DNA of 64,000 nt from the NCBI GenBank assembly GCA_029863605.1, contig JAOTVB010000003.1:20333-84332 (forward strand), written 5' to 3'. The position numbers were made by a program, and so were the translations under genes. Below the pieces are notes generated by a model. The model was not told where the DNA came from, did not search any database, and was given only the letters and a program-made list of their open reading frames with translations. The stretch is from Myxococcales bacterium. Its GTDB lineage: Bacteria > Myxococcota_A > Polyangia > Polyangiales > Houyiibacteriaceae. Of this stretch, positions 10,057-22,555 are shown one piece after another; position 1 is the stretch's first letter; each line of letters begins with the position of its first letter.

Positions 10057-10578
10057 TCAACGTGCTTGGCGCTCGACGCGGCGGGCGTGGCGGTAGACTT
10101 CGTAGAGGCGTTGACGAATGGCCGGCGGGACGCTTTTTCGTAGGTCGATCTTCCAGCCCGCAGGTTGTTCGATCAAGACGATAGGCGTGTAATCGGGCGC
10201 TGTAGACGATGAGCGCACGTAAGCCGTGTTTCCTTCGATGTCGATCATGAGCTCGTCCTTGGCGGCAACCAGCTGCCCGAAGACGAAGCCACCAAGCCCC
10301 TGGTCGTGCTCGCCCTGCCAGTTGGAAAAGCAGCTTCGGAAGAGGTTCTCGTCGACGAGCTTGAAGCGTTCGCGAGCCTGAAGCCGCCGGCGGATCTCTG
10401 CTTGCGGGACGTCCCGGACATCGTACGCGCGAAACAACGTCTCGATGGTTGCGTTCGGAGATTCGAAGCCCGAGGATGCGGACTCGGCCTTGCACGAAGT
10501 CAGCGCAAGCAGGACGGTGGCGGCGATGGTAAAGGCTCGCACATAGCTGTTATTGCTTCGTTTTTGTGGGTTGTCCAC
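10057..10578 (-). CDS. Lipoprotein, function unknown
   Basis: 173 aa with lipobox ..LALTSC. Confidence 0.55.
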   Translation of the reverse strand: MDNPQKRSNNSYVRAFTIAATVLLALTSCKAESASSGFESPNATIETLFRAYDVRDVPQAEIRRRLQARERFKLVDENLFRSCFSNWQGEHDQGLGGFVFGQLVAAKDELMIDIEGNTAYVRSSSTAPDYTPIVLIEQPAGWKIDLRKSVPPAIRQRLYEVYRHARRVERQAR

Positions 10579-10630
10579 CCATTGACGCGTCGCGTGACAT
10601 GCTTAACTTGCCGCGAACGCAGGAAAAGCA

Positions 10631-13240
10631 ATGCGATTGGATCGACTTACCACCAAAACACGCGAGGCTTTGGTCGCGGCGCAGCAGAACGCGACCGACC
10701 GTGGGAATCCCGAGGTCTACCCGGAGCATCTAATGCTCGAGTTGCTTGCGCAGGCCGACGGGCTGGCACCCGCGATTCTCGAGAAGGCCGGTGCGGACCT
10801 GCAAGGTTTGATCCGGGCGGAGGGCGCAATCCTCGACAAGATGCCCAAAGTGGCCGGAGGGTCCGAGCCCGGGATCTCCCGACGGCTGCGCAATCTGTTG
10901 ACGGCGGCGTGGAAAGAGACCGAAGAGCTCAAAGACGAATACACTTCTGCGGAGCACGTGCTCCTCGCTGCATATGGCGACGCGCAACTCAAGCAGGCGC
11001 TCGAAGCACAGCGGGTGGATCGCAAGAAACTCCTCGAGGCGCTCCAAGAGGTTCGCGGAACGCAGCGAGTGACCGACCCGGATCCAGAAGGGAAGTTTCA
11101 AGCGCTCGAGAAGTATACGCGCGACCTGACCGAAGCAGCGCGCCAAGGTAAGACCGATCCGGTGATCGGACGCGACGAAGAGATCCGCCGCGTGATGCAG
11201 GTGCTTTCGCGCCGTACCAAGAACAACCCCGTGTTGATCGGCGAGCCAGGAGTCGGCAAGACGGCGATCGCCGAAGGGATCGCGCACCGCATCGCGCAAG
11301 GCGACGTCCCCGAAGGTCTGAAAGAAAAACGCCTCTTGGCGCTCGACCTCGCGGCGATCGTCGCAGGCTCGAAGTACCGCGGCGAGTTCGAGGAGCGCCT
11401 CAAGGCGGTGCTGAACGAGATCGAGGCCGCCAAAGGCGGGATCATCCTCTTCATCGACGAGCTTCATACGCTGGTCGGCGCAGGTGCCGCCGAGGGCTCG
11501 ATGGACGCCAGCAACATGCTCAAGCCGGCCCTCGCGCGTGGGGAGCTACGGTGCATCGGCGCAACTACGCTCGACGAGTATCGAAAACGCATCGAAAAGG
11601 ACGCCGCGCTTGCACGGCGCTTCCAGCCCGTATTTGCCGGTGAGCCATCGGTGCCCGATACAATCGGGATCTTGCGAGGGCTGAAAGAGCGCTACGAGAT
11701 TCACCATGGCATTCGGATTCAAGACTCGGCAATCGTCGCCGCAGCGACGCTCAGCCATCGGTACATCACCGACCGTTTCTTGCCTGACAAGGCGATCGAC
11801 TTGGTCGACGAGGCTGCGTCACGACTGAAGATGGAGATCGACTCGCTCCCGGCCCCGATCGACACCCTCGAGCGCAAGGTGATGCAGCTCGAGATCGAGC
11901 GACAGGCGCTCAAGAAGGAGAAGGACGACGCGAGCAAGAAGCGCCTCGACGAGCTCGAAATGGAGCTCTCGGAGCTTCAGGAGCAGCGCGACATCATGCG
12001 CGCGCAGTGGCTGCGCGAAAAGGACCTGATCACCGAGATTCGCGAAAAGAAGGAACTCGTTGAAAGCCTCCGACTCGACCTCGAAAGGGCTGAGCGCACC
12101 GCGGATTTCGAGACGGCGGCCCGCCTTCAATACGGCGAAGTCCCGGCAGCCGAAGCGGCGGTGACCCAAGCTCAGCAAAAGCTCGCCGAAGTGCAGACCA
12201 ACACTTCGTTCCTGAAGGAAGAGGTCACCGACGAAGACATCGCCGAAGTGGTGTCGAAGTGGACCGGAATCCCGGTCAGCAAGATGCTCGAAGGCGAAAA
12301 AGAGAAGCTCCTGCACATGGAGGACCGGCTTCGCGATCGCGTGATCGGCCAAGACGAAGCGGTCGTTGCCGTGTCAAACGCGGTGCGCCGCTCGCGGGCA
12401 GGATTGAGCGAGCCCAATCGACCGATTGGGTCGTTCCTCTTCTTGGGTCCGACCGGTGTCGGCAAGACCGAGCTCGCGCGCGCCCTCGCCGAGTTCTTGT
12501 TCGACGACGACAAAGCGATGATTCGACTCGACATGAGCGAATACATGGAAAAGCACGCGGTGGCTCGCTTGATCGGTGCACCGCCAGGCTATGTCGGTTA
12601 CGAGGAAGGCGGCCAGCTCACCGAGCCCGTGCGACGCCGCCCCTACTCGGTCGTGCTTTTCGATGAAGTCGAAAAAGCCCACCCAGACGTGTGGAATGTC
12701 CTGCTGCAGGTGCTCGATGACGGGCGCCTCACCGACGGCCATGGCCGGACGGTCGACTTCAAGAACGTAGTCGTCATTCTGACCTCGAACGTCGGCTCCC
12801 ATCACATCATGGCGCTCGACGACGACGAGGCGATGCGTAAAGCGGTCATGGAAGATCTACGCGACTCGTTCCGCCCGGAGTTTCTGAACCGGCTCGACGA
12901 GACGATTATCTTCCACCGACTCGACCGGGCCCAGCTTCGGGCGATCGTCGACGTCCAGCTTCGCAACTTCGAGAAGCGGCTCGTCGATCGCGAGCTCACG
13001 CTCGCGATCTCAGACGAGGCCAAGGATTTCCTCGCCAACGTCGGCTACGACCCGGCCTACGGCGCACGGCCGCTGAAGCGCGCGATCCAACGCTACCTCG
13101 AAAACGGATTGGCCGAGGACATCCTCGCAGGACGCTTCGCGGCGGGCGACGTGATTCGCGTCGGTACGGGCGATGGCAAGCTCGTCTTCGAAAAGGCCGG
13201 GGAAATCGGTGCGGAAGCACCCCGAGCTACAGCCGAATAA
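10631..13240 (+). CDS. clpB: ATP-dependent chaperone / disaggregase ClpB
   Basis: 869 aa. Two AAA+ modules ([16 protein letters not shown]) with a long coiled-coil middle domain. Confidence 0.97.
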   Translation: MRLDRLTTKTREALVAAQQNATDRGNPEVYPEHLMLELLAQADGLAPAILEKAGADLQGLIRAEGAILDKMPKVAGGSEPGISRRLRNLLTAAWKETEELKDEYTSAEHVLLAAYGDAQLKQALEAQRVDRKKLLEALQEVRGTQRVTDPDPEGKFQALEKYTRDLTEAARQGKTDPVIGRDEEIRRVMQVLSRRTKNNPVLIGEPGVGKTAIAEGIAHRIAQGDVPEGLKEKRLLALDLAAIVAGSKYRGEFEERLKAVLNEIEAAKGGIILFIDELHTLVGAGAAEGSMDASNMLKPALARGELRCIGATTLDEYRKRIEKDAALARRFQPVFAGEPSVPDTIGILRGLKERYEIHHGIRIQDSAIVAAATLSHRYITDRFLPDKAIDLVDEAASRLKMEIDSLPAPIDTLERKVMQLEIERQALKKEKDDASKKRLDELEMELSELQEQRDIMRAQWLREKDLITEIREKKELVESLRLDLERAERTADFETAARLQYGEVPAAEAAVTQAQQKLAEVQTNTSFLKEEVTDEDIAEVVSKWTGIPVSKMLEGEKEKLLHMEDRLRDRVIGQDEAVVAVSNAVRRSRAGLSEPNRPIGSFLFLGPTGVGKTELARALAEFLFDDDKAMIRLDMSEYMEKHAVARLIGAPPGYVGYEEGGQLTEPVRRRPYSVVLFDEVEKAHPDVWNVLLQVLDDGRLTDGHGRTVDFKNVVVILTSNVGSHHIMALDDDEAMRKAVMEDLRDSFRPEFLNRLDETIIFHRLDRAQLRAIVDVQLRNFEKRLVDRELTLAISDEAKDFLANVGYDPAYGARPLKRAIQRYLENGLAEDILAGRFAAGDVIRVGTGDGKLVFEKAGEIGAEAPRATAE

Positions 13241-13353
13241 GACCTGCGATCGCAGTACGTTAGGAGAGTTACTCACGGCAAATCTGGGACTCCTTGCGCC
13301 CACGTGTACACTGTGTAAGCCTCTCGCGCTCTTACGGAGGAGCAAACGCATCC

Positions 13354-13584
13354 ATGGTCGAGACCGTACAAGTCAAACCAATCGAAGTTCACGTCGGTGA
13401 TCGTGGGCTCGAGCGTGCGGTCAAGCACCTCAAGCGGAAGATGGCGACCGAGGGAATCCTCCGTGAGCTCAAACGCCGCCGTCACTACATGAAGCCCTCG
13501 ATCAAGAAGCGGAAGAAGGCCGCCGAAGCCGCTCGGCGCCGTCGCAAGCGCGTTCGTCAAATGAACGAAGGCCCGAGCTTCTGA
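13354..13584 (+). CDS. rpsU: 30S ribosomal protein S21
   Basis: ATG at 13354 follows GGAGG. MVETVQV..LERAVKHLKRKMATEGILRELKRRRHYMKPS.. is S21-like. The track ORF starts 60 nt upstream. Confidence 0.9.
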   Translation: MVETVQVKPIEVHVGDRGLERAVKHLKRKMATEGILRELKRRRHYMKPSIKKRKKAAEAARRRRKRVRQMNEGPSF

Positions 13585-13587
13585 GCT

Positions 13588-14931
<1,344 letters not shown>

Positions 14932-15023
14932 GACACACTCTACCGAGGTGCAGCACGGTTAACAAGCCAACGAGCGTAGGCTTGCCACTGCTCTCGTCAG
15001 GCGCTCTACTCGTGCCCATCGCA

Positions 15024-15863
15024 ATGGCCATCGATCCCACAACGGTCGGTTATCAAACCGATTCGATCGAGTTCTGCCATACGTGGCGGGATACCGTCCT
15101 CTATGCGCTCGGGGTCGGGGCAACCGCCGACACGAATCTGGATTTCTTGTACGAAGGACGTGGCCCAAGAGTCCTCCCGACCTTTGCCTCGATTCCGACC
15201 TTTGCGGCCTTTGATGAATTGGTGGACAAAATCGGCTGCGACCGGCTGGGCATCGTGCATCACAGCCAGCGACTCGAGGTCTTGAAAGCCCTGAAACCCA
15301 ACGCTTGCTTGGAAGTGACCGGTCGCGTCGCCGGCCTCTACGACTTGAAGCGGGTCGCCATGTCGGTGTTCGATATCGAGGTGAATGACGAGAAAGGCGA
15401 CACCGTGGCACGAGGGGTGGTCACGCTCGTGCTCCGCAACGATGGAAAATTCGGCGGCGACCGACCTCCGCGGAGCAAACGGATCCCCCCGCCCGAACGC
15501 GAACCGGACTTCGAGGTGCGCGAGACGGTCCCGCCGACCCAAGCGCTGCTCTATCGGCTGAGCGGCGATCACAATCCACTGCACGTCGATCCCGAGTTTG
15601 CGGCCAAAACAGGGTTCGATCGCCCGATTCTGCACGGCCTCTGTACGCTTGGGTACGCGGGGCGCGTGGTCCTGAACGAGGTATGCGACGGTGACCCGGA
15701 ACGATTCGCGGCGCTTCAAGGGCAATTCAGCGCACCGGTGTACCCAGGCGACACCCTGGTCATCCGAGGCTGGAAAGCAGAGGACCGCGTGTTCTTGAGT
15801 GTGATGACCGACGAGCGACCCGCCGACGTTTGCCTGAGCAACGCGTATGCGGAGCTTCGTTAG
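15024..15863 (+). CDS. MaoC-like (double hot-dog) enoyl-CoA hydratase 2 family protein
   Basis: ATG at 15024 in the frame of ORF 14766..15863. ..YRLSGDHNPLHVDPEFA.. is the hydratase-2 motif. The upstream part of the ORF overlaps pfk in antisense. Confidence 0.8.
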   Translation: MAIDPTTVGYQTDSIEFCHTWRDTVLYALGVGATADTNLDFLYEGRGPRVLPTFASIPTFAAFDELVDKIGCDRLGIVHHSQRLEVLKALKPNACLEVTGRVAGLYDLKRVAMSVFDIEVNDEKGDTVARGVVTLVLRNDGKFGGDRPPRSKRIPPPEREPDFEVRETVPPTQALLYRLSGDHNPLHVDPEFAAKTGFDRPILHGLCTLGYAGRVVLNEVCDGDPERFAALQGQFSAPVYPGDTLVIRGWKAEDRVFLSVMTDERPADVCLSNAYAELR

Positions 15864-15928
15864 CGCAGCTGCCGATTTTTCGTCTTGCCGAGGCGTGGAT
15901 CCACACACAGGGTTACGGGGTGTCGCGG

Positions 15929-17038
15929 ATGATGCTTTCTGGCTGCCTTTTCGCCCTTGGGCTGGGGCTCGGCGCAGGCTGCGCGACCGAGGCACCCGCC
16001 GCGCTCGAGCCTCCGCCGCCGCCAGTTCACGCCAAGACCCTCGAACCCGAGGCGATGACCCCGACATCGACCTCAACCGCCGAGATCCTGGCCAACCGAC
16101 AATCAGACATCCGATCGGAGACTTCCGGCCGGGTCGTGGCGGTTCACGTCGAAGCCGGCGATCGCGTGGAGGCGGGCGAGGTGCTGCTTCGGCTCGACGT
16201 CGGTCGCCCGGCGTCGGCAGTCCAAGCCGCGCAGGCTGCCGTGGCGCAAAGCGATGCGAGGCTCGATCAAACAGAGCGAGAGCGCGACCGAACCGAACGA
16301 CTCGTGCAAACGGGAGGCTTACCCGAACAAAGGCTCGATGACGCCCGCGACGCGGTGCGCATGGCGTCGGCCGCCCGCGACGCGGCCAGAGCCGAAGCTA
16401 GGCTCGCTCGGCGAGGCCTGACCGAGGCCGTGGTGCGCGCTCCGTTCGGTGGAACGATCGTCGAGCGTGCGATCGAAGTCGGCGAATGGGTGGCTCCCGG
16501 AAGCCCGCTCTTGACCCTGGCCGACACGAGTCTTCTCAAGGCCCGCGTGCTGCTCGATCCCCGCGAGGCCCTCGACGTGGCGGTCGGCTCCAAAGTCGAA
16601 GTGTCGGTGTTCGCGCGTCCAGGAGAAACCTTCACGGGCCGGGTGGTGCGCGTCGGCGAGGTGATCAACCCGCGGACGAGGCGGCTGCCGGTCGAGATCG
16701 AAATCGATGATCCAATTACTCGACTTCGCCCGGGGCTGGTCGCCAGGTTCACCGTCGAAACCGGAGATCCGAAGCTAGTCCTGCGCGTGCCACTCGAAGG
16801 GGTGTTCGAGCGTTTCGGGCGCCAGCACGTGTACGTCATCGAAGATGGGATCGCCCATCGGCAGACGGTATTGATCGGCTCGGTGCGGGGCGGCTTTGCC
16901 GAAATCAAAGAAGGTCTAAACGTCGGGGATACTGTCGTTATCAAAGGCGTCGCGCGCGTGGTCGACGCCTCGAAAGTGCTCGTGGTGCCGGTCGAAGCCG
17001 CGACCGCATCGACCGCCGAGCAAGCCGTGGAGCCATGA
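15929..17038 (+). CDS. RND efflux periplasmic adaptor (membrane fusion protein)
   Basis: Lipoprotein-like start MMLSGCLFALGLGLGAGC. HlyD/AcrA-type lipoyl, coiled-coil and beta-barrel pattern. Overlaps the RND pump start by 4 nt. Confidence 0.85.
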   Translation: MMLSGCLFALGLGLGAGCATEAPAALEPPPPPVHAKTLEPEAMTPTSTSTAEILANRQSDIRSETSGRVVAVHVEAGDRVEAGEVLLRLDVGRPASAVQAAQAAVAQSDARLDQTERERDRTERLVQTGGLPEQRLDDARDAVRMASAARDAARAEARLARRGLTEAVVRAPFGGTIVERAIEVGEWVAPGSPLLTLADTSLLKARVLLDPREALDVAVGSKVEVSVFARPGETFTGRVVRVGEVINPRTRRLPVEIEIDDPITRLRPGLVARFTVETGDPKLVLRVPLEGVFERFGRQHVYVIEDGIAHRQTVLIGSVRGGFAEIKEGLNVGDTVVIKGVARVVDASKVLVVPVEAATASTAEQAVEP

Positions 17039-20000
17039 GCATCCCGAGCTTCGCAGTCAGGCAGCCGGTGCTCGTCAACTTGGTCGCGATCTCCATGGTC
17101 TTGGTTGGCGCCCTCGTGTTGAGCGACATGCACCGAGAGTCGCTGCCGACGATGCCCACTGGCTGGGGGAACGTAACGACGGTCTACGTGGGGGCATCGC
17201 CCGAAGAGATCGAGCAGTTGGTCGCGATTCCGGTGGAGAACGCGGTGGCGAGCGTCGACGACGTCGAGGAGATCTGGGCGACCTCGAAAGAAGGTGTCTC
17301 GTACGTGAGCTTCAAGTTCAAGGCGGCCGTCGAAGACATGACGAGCGCGATGATGGAGATCTCGAACGAGGTCAATCGAATCGACGACCTCCCTGTCGAC
17401 GCCGAACGCCCGATCGTCCGGGAGTTCAAGGTCGACTTCCCGACGATTGCCGTGGCCGTACGCGGCGAGGTCACCGAGGCGGTGCTCCGCCAGGTTGGCA
17501 AGGACTTGGCCGAACGGATCGAGCGGATCGACGGGGTCTCTGGGATTTGGCGGAACGGCATTCGTGACCGCGAACTACGCGTGGACGTCGATCCAGATCG
17601 GCTCGTAGCCCACCAGCTGTCGCTCACTTCGGTGACCCAAGCCCTACGACTTCGGGCGGCAAACGTCCCTGCAGGGACGACCAAAGGCGGTGGGGACACC
17701 CGCCTCGTCCGCGGCATGACCCGCGTCGACAATGCGGTCGAGCTTGCGAAAGTGGTCATCCGTCCCGACCCCATGGGAGGCTCCGTTCGTGTCGGCGACG
17801 TAGCAGAAGTTCAGGACACTCTTGCGCCGGGGAAGTACAGCGGGCGCGTCAACGGCGAGCCGGCCATCGTGCTCACGGTCCGAAAAGACGAGCAGTCCGA
17901 CAGCATTCGCATCAGCGAAAGCGTGCATGCGCTGGTGGACGATTTTCGGAAGACGCTGCCCCAGGGCGTGACTATCGACACGTTCGGCGATGCCGCACAC
18001 GAGGTTGAACGCTCGCTAGACACCCTGTACGCGAATGCGGCCGCCGGCTTGTTGTTGGTCTTGCTCCTGCTCTGGGTGGCAATAGGCGCACGAAACGCGA
18101 TGATGGCCGCGGTGGGTCTCCCGGTTGCGTTGGCCGGAGCGATCGTCGCGATGGACATGATGGGCATCACCATCAACATGATGTCGCTCGTCGCATTGAT
18201 CCTCTGCTTGGGTGTCGTCGTCGACGACGCGATCATCATCATCGAGAACATCTACCGGCACATGGAGGAGGGGATGCCTCGTCGCCGTGCCGCCGTCGTC
18301 GGCACCGAGGAGGTTTTCTGGCCGGTCGTGTCTTCGACGCTCACCAGCTGGGCCGCGTTTCTGCCCCTTCTCTTGATGGAGGGCGTCCTCGGTCAGTTCT
18401 TCGCGATCATCCCGAAAGTAGTCGTGGCCGCGCTGGCCGCGTCGCTGATCGAGGCGATGTTCATTCTGCCGAGTCACATGGCGGATTTCGGCAAACTCGG
18501 GACGCAGGGGGGAAAGTCAGCACCCCCGGAAACCCGCTTCCAAAGAGCCAAGCGTCGGATCACGGTGGGTTACGAACGGGTTTTGCGCTGGTCGCTCCAG
18601 CATCGCGCAACCGTCGTGTTCGGCTGTTATGCCTTGTGTGGAGTGCTCATCGTCGGAGCCTTGGCGACCAAGGACGTCATTTTGTTCAACGAAGGGGATG
18701 TGGACATGTTCGATGTGCGCGTCCGGATGCCCACCGATGCCTCGAAAGAGGAAACCGAGCAGCTCCTCGCCAAGCTCGAAGATCGGATCCGGGCACTCGA
18801 AAACGCCGACATCGAAGCGACGCTCGCGGTCCGAGGGATGGCGCGGACCGACATGGGGATCGACACTGGCGACCACATGGGGATGGTCACGGTCTTCGTC
18901 GTTCCCGCAACCCAACGAAGCAGCCTTCATGGAGGTCGCGACCTCTTTAGCCAGGTCAGCGGCCTCTACGACGACGTCGTCGGACCCGCGCGACTCGAAG
19001 TCGTCGAGGTACGCCCCGGACCACCGCGCGGGGCGCCGGTCGCCGTCCGGGTGCGGGGAAACGACCAGGAGCGTCTCGTCGAGCTCGCGGAGCAAGTCCT
19101 TGCGGAGGTCAGGAGAACCCCGGGCACGAGGAACGCGAACCACGACTACGAGCTCGGCAAGCAAGAGCTGCAAATCAAAGTCGACGAAGAGCGCGCTGCG
19201 TTGAATGGGCTTACCCCGGAAGCGGTCTCGGCGTGGCTTCGGAGCGCGTTCGGCGCAACACCGGCGGCAACACTTCGCGATGGAGACGACGAGATCGACA
19301 TCGTGGTTCAGCTAGCGGAGGAGGTGCAGAGCGACCCCGAGCGGATTGCGTCACTTCGGCTCATTACTCCTACGGGCGACGAGGTGGCGCTTCGGGAGAT
19401 CGCCGATGTGACCCATGGGCGCGGCGCGGGAGAGATCCAGCGCTATCAACAGAAGCGCATGGTTTCGGTGCTCTCAAACATCGATGAAGAGGTCACGAAC
19501 AGCGGTGAGGTCAACTCGGTCTTGAAGAAGAAGCTTGCGCCTCTCGAAGCCGCAAACCCCGACATCCGCTTCGAGTATGGCGGCCAGTGGGAAGAGACTC
19601 AGGAATCGGTCGAGTCGCTGTTCCAGGCGTTCGTCATCGCCATGCTTCTCATCTACACGATCCTGGCCACGCAGTTTCAGAGCTTTTCTCAGCCTGCAGT
19701 CGTGATGGCTGCGATCCCACTGTCGTTCATCGGTGTTAGCGCTGGGTTCTTGTTGACGGCAAAGCCGGTAGGCCTGATCGCCCTCGTGGGCGTCGTCGGC
19801 CTGACCGGAATCGTCGTGAACGATTCATTGGTGCTGGTCGACTTCATCAACAAACGGCGCCAACGCGGGATGGCGCTGGACGAAGCGATTGTCGAAGCGG
19901 GGCGGTTGCGGTTGCGACCGATTTTCTTGACCAGTGTGACGACGATCGCCGGCCTTCTCCCCCTGTCGCTGGCGAGCGAAAGCTTGGCGCACCTCGCACC

Positions 20001-20190
20001 CATGGCGCAGGTGATCGTATGGGGCCTGACCTTTTCGACGGTGCTCACCCTATTGGTGGTGCCGTGCCTCTATCGACTCGACATCGATCTCGCGGCTCGG
20101 GCTTCGGATTTGGTTGCACCCTTCAAACGCTGGGTCACCGATCCCGGAGCTGCGAAAGTCGAGGACACCGCGGACACGACCGCCGACTGA
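17035..20190 (+). CDS. RND family efflux transporter permease (AcrB-like)
   Basis: 1051 aa with the 12-TM, two-large-loop architecture of AcrB/CzcA-family pumps. Confidence 0.92.
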   Translation: MSIPSFAVRQPVLVNLVAISMVLVGALVLSDMHRESLPTMPTGWGNVTTVYVGASPEEIEQLVAIPVENAVASVDDVEEIWATSKEGVSYVSFKFKAAVEDMTSAMMEISNEVNRIDDLPVDAERPIVREFKVDFPTIAVAVRGEVTEAVLRQVGKDLAERIERIDGVSGIWRNGIRDRELRVDVDPDRLVAHQLSLTSVTQALRLRAANVPAGTTKGGGDTRLVRGMTRVDNAVELAKVVIRPDPMGGSVRVGDVAEVQDTLAPGKYSGRVNGEPAIVLTVRKDEQSDSIRISESVHALVDDFRKTLPQGVTIDTFGDAAHEVERSLDTLYANAAAGLLLVLLLLWVAIGARNAMMAAVGLPVALAGAIVAMDMMGITINMMSLVALILCLGVVVDDAIIIIENIYRHMEEGMPRRRAAVVGTEEVFWPVVSSTLTSWAAFLPLLLMEGVLGQFFAIIPKVVVAALAASLIEAMFILPSHMADFGKLGTQGGKSAPPETRFQRAKRRITVGYERVLRWSLQHRATVVFGCYALCGVLIVGALATKDVILFNEGDVDMFDVRVRMPTDASKEETEQLLAKLEDRIRALENADIEATLAVRGMARTDMGIDTGDHMGMVTVFVVPATQRSSLHGGRDLFSQVSGLYDDVVGPARLEVVEVRPGPPRGAPVAVRVRGNDQERLVELAEQVLAEVRRTPGTRNANHDYELGKQELQIKVDEERAALNGLTPEAVSAWLRSAFGATPAATLRDGDDEIDIVVQLAEEVQSDPERIASLRLITPTGDEVALREIADVTHGRGAGEIQRYQQKRMVSVLSNIDEEVTNSGEVNSVLKKKLAPLEAANPDIRFEYGGQWEETQESVESLFQAFVIAMLLIYTILATQFQSFSQPAVVMAAIPLSFIGVSAGFLLTAKPVGLIALVGVVGLTGIVVNDSLVLVDFINKRRQRGMALDEAIVEAGRLRLRPIFLTSVTTIAGLLPLSLASESLAHLAPMAQVIVWGLTFSTVLTLLVVPCLYRLDIDLAARASDLVAPFKRWVTDPGAAKVEDTADTTAD

Positions 20191-20235
20191 CGTCGCCCCC
20201 ATGGCGATCCGCGCCGAAGCTGCTAGGCGCAGGGC

Positions 20236-21027
20236 ATGGCGAAACGATTCGAAAACCAAGTCGTGTGGATCACCGGGGGAGGAAGCGGTATCGGACGAGC
20301 CCTCGCCCTTGCATTCGCTGAAGAGGGCGCCACCGTGGCAGTGTCGGGGCGTCGCCGAGAGCGACTCGAGCTCGTCGTTACCGAGATCGTCGGCAACGGT
20401 GGAAAGGCACTAGCCGTGCCTTGCGACGTTACTGACGAGGCCTCGATAGAGCGCGCCGTGCGACAAGTGGTCGAAACGCTCGGGCGCCTCGATGTCACGG
20501 TTGCCAATGCGGGCTTTTCCGTGGCGGGCAAGATTGCGAAGTTGTCGGCCGAGGACTGGCGGCGGCAGCTCGATGTCAACGTCATCGGCCTCGCGATGAC
20601 CGCCCGATACTCGATCCCGCACCTCATGGAGCACTCAGGCCGTTTGGTGCTCGTCGGAAGCGTGGCCAGCATGCTCGCGACGCCTGGCGTGGGCGCCTAC
20701 TCCGCATCGAAATACGCCGTCCGCGCGATCGGTCAGACCCTGGCCGTCGAGCTGCACGGCACAGGGGTGAGCTGCACGACGATCCACCCGGGCTTCATCG
20801 AAAGCGAGATCGCGCAGGTCGACAATCGAGGTGTGTTCGATGCGAGCCGCGAGGACACACGACCGCAAAAGCTCATGTGGCCCGCCGATCGTGCCGCCAA
20901 GGCGATGATCGACGCCATTGCCGCTCGAAAGCGAGAGCACACGTTCACCGGCCACGGCAAGGTGGGCGCTTTCGTCGGCCGGCACCTCCCGGGATTGGTG
21001 CATCTGGGGCTCACCCGCGCGAAGTAG
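20236..21027 (+). CDS. Short-chain dehydrogenase/reductase
   Basis: ITGGGSGIGRA (TGxxxGxG) and YSASK (YxxxK). Confidence 0.85.
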   Translation: MAKRFENQVVWITGGGSGIGRALALAFAEEGATVAVSGRRRERLELVVTEIVGNGGKALAVPCDVTDEASIERAVRQVVETLGRLDVTVANAGFSVAGKIAKLSAEDWRRQLDVNVIGLAMTARYSIPHLMEHSGRLVLVGSVASMLATPGVGAYSASKYAVRAIGQTLAVELHGTGVSCTTIHPGFIESEIAQVDNRGVFDASREDTRPQKLMWPADRAAKAMIDAIAARKREHTFTGHGKVGAFVGRHLPGLVHLGLTRAK

Positions 21028-21029
21028 CG

Positions 21030-21968
21030 CTATTGCACCACGAAGCGGGTCATGATCAGGATGTAGCTCTCCTTTTGCGAGCCGAGGGTCTGCCGGAGAG
21101 CACCTTCGATGGCGAACTTGCCCTTGTTGAAACCCGCACTGGCTGTGATCTGATTGAGATTGCGCCCGCTGTCGCGCCGATAGCCGGCCCGGAGGGGGGC
21201 TACTTCCCCGGCGATGAACTGGACCCCCGCACCTGCCACGAGCTCGTTTCTTTCGAAAGTCGAGAGATCCACCAAAATGTCGCCGCCAAAACTGACGCTC
21301 TCGATGGGCGCAAGGCTCACGCTGCCGCCGGCCATTTGTGGCGCGAGCGACGAGCGGGTCTTGATCAGGTTGTATCCGAGGCCGGCGACTTTGAGCCAAG
21401 GTATCGGGGTGATGGTCATCGACGCGTCCAACGTGACGCCGTTGAACGTTGGCGCTAGCGGCTGCCCGTCGAAGGACTCGGCGCGCATCCGGCCCCATCG
21501 GACCCCAAGGCCGACGCCGAGCTGTTCGATCACTTGAATGCCGACGGCCGTACGCCAATCCCAGCCCTTGTACCGACGCTCGCTGCCACTGAAGATCCCT
21601 CGAAAACCGGTGCCAAGGGCGAGCTTCTTGGCGGTCGTGGAGTCGGTGACCGCGCTTCCAATCGTCCAGTAGGTGTTGCCCCCGCCGGGAATGATCTGCG
21701 AGAACGCTTCGATATGGTAAGCGGACACCGCGGCCATGTTCGATGCGTTATACGCGAGCGCCGAAGTCCCGGTGGCTCCCGCGCGGGCGCCTGCACCCAT
21801 GCCTAAGGTGTACGGCGTCTCGAAATTGTCTTCTGGTGGCAGCTGAGGGTTCGCCGGTTCCGCGACGCCGCTCGGTGCCACGGTCTGGGCAAGCACGGCG
21901 GCAGGCGAGCATAACGTGGTCACAAGACCGACGGTCGCGGCCGCCCAAAAAGCTCGTATTTTCCACAT
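21030..21968 (-). CDS. Putative outer-membrane beta-barrel protein, function unknown
   Basis: ATG at 21968 gives MWKIRAFWAAATVGLV..AVLAQ as signal peptide, followed by a Gly/aromatic-rich beta pattern. The upstream 96 codons of the track ORF look non-coding. Confidence 0.55.
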   Translation of the reverse strand: MWKIRAFWAAATVGLVTTLCSPAAVLAQTVAPSGVAEPANPQLPPEDNFETPYTLGMGAGARAGATGTSALAYNASNMAAVSAYHIEAFSQIIPGGGNTYWTIGSAVTDSTTAKKLALGTGFRGIFSGSERRYKGWDWRTAVGIQVIEQLGVGLGVRWGRMRAESFDGQPLAPTFNGVTLDASMTITPIPWLKVAGLGYNLIKTRSSLAPQMAGGSVSLAPIESVSFGGDILVDLSTFERNELVAGAGVQFIAGEVAPLRAGYRRDSGRNLNQITASAGFNKGKFAIEGALRQTLGSQKESYILIMTRFVVQ

Positions 21969-22204
21969 GGTTCGCGTCCCGGGCGAAGCTAGCAGCGTTA
22001 GATCACTCATCCAAATTGTCTGCCTGGCGCCCCGGGACTGACGCATGAACGCTACGACGTGGACCATTGTTCCTGCCTGGAAGTGCCGTGCAGGCGCCAA
22101 AGCCGACCACCTCACTCGGTGGGAACCCGGTGGACAAACTGTGGAGCCCTCGCGCGCACACCATCGATCACGCGCGATCGTTACGCGCAAAAAAATCAAT
22201 ACGC

Positions 22205-22213
22205 TGTGGATGA
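22205..22213 (-). promoter_or_regulatory. DnaA-box-like 9-mer (TCATCCACA, 8/9 to TTATCCACA)
   Basis: Read directly in the long dnaA upstream region. Confidence 0.3.
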
Positions 22214-22555
22214 TCGACGAGCGAGTTGCACGTCGATGTTGCGCGAACGATAACAAGTCGTAATTCGAAGTGATTGCAACAGCTTGTCAACAGCAAAGCA
22301 ACGGCTCGTAACGCAGTGCGTGTTGCTGTCAAAAAAACGGCATTTGAATCTTTCGCGATCCCAAGTGTTTAGAAGTTTGTTGTGGGATCACCGTAGACGC
22401 ACTCGAAACAGGCTGCTAGTTTCGCGGCCCTTCACTGGAGGAGCGCCAACCGAATCGGCGGATGGTAAAAGGTGAACGGTAACTCGCCCTGAGCAACGTG
22501 TGGACGACTTGGGGACGAAGACGCTGATGTGCGCGGTTTTCGGGGTAGGGAGACG

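Noticed and set aside
21969-22256. N-terminal 96 codons of the 408-aa ORF 21030..22256
   Set aside because: A good signal peptide starts at the internal ATG 21968. The extension runs into the AT-richer dnaA upstream region and has no protein-like features.
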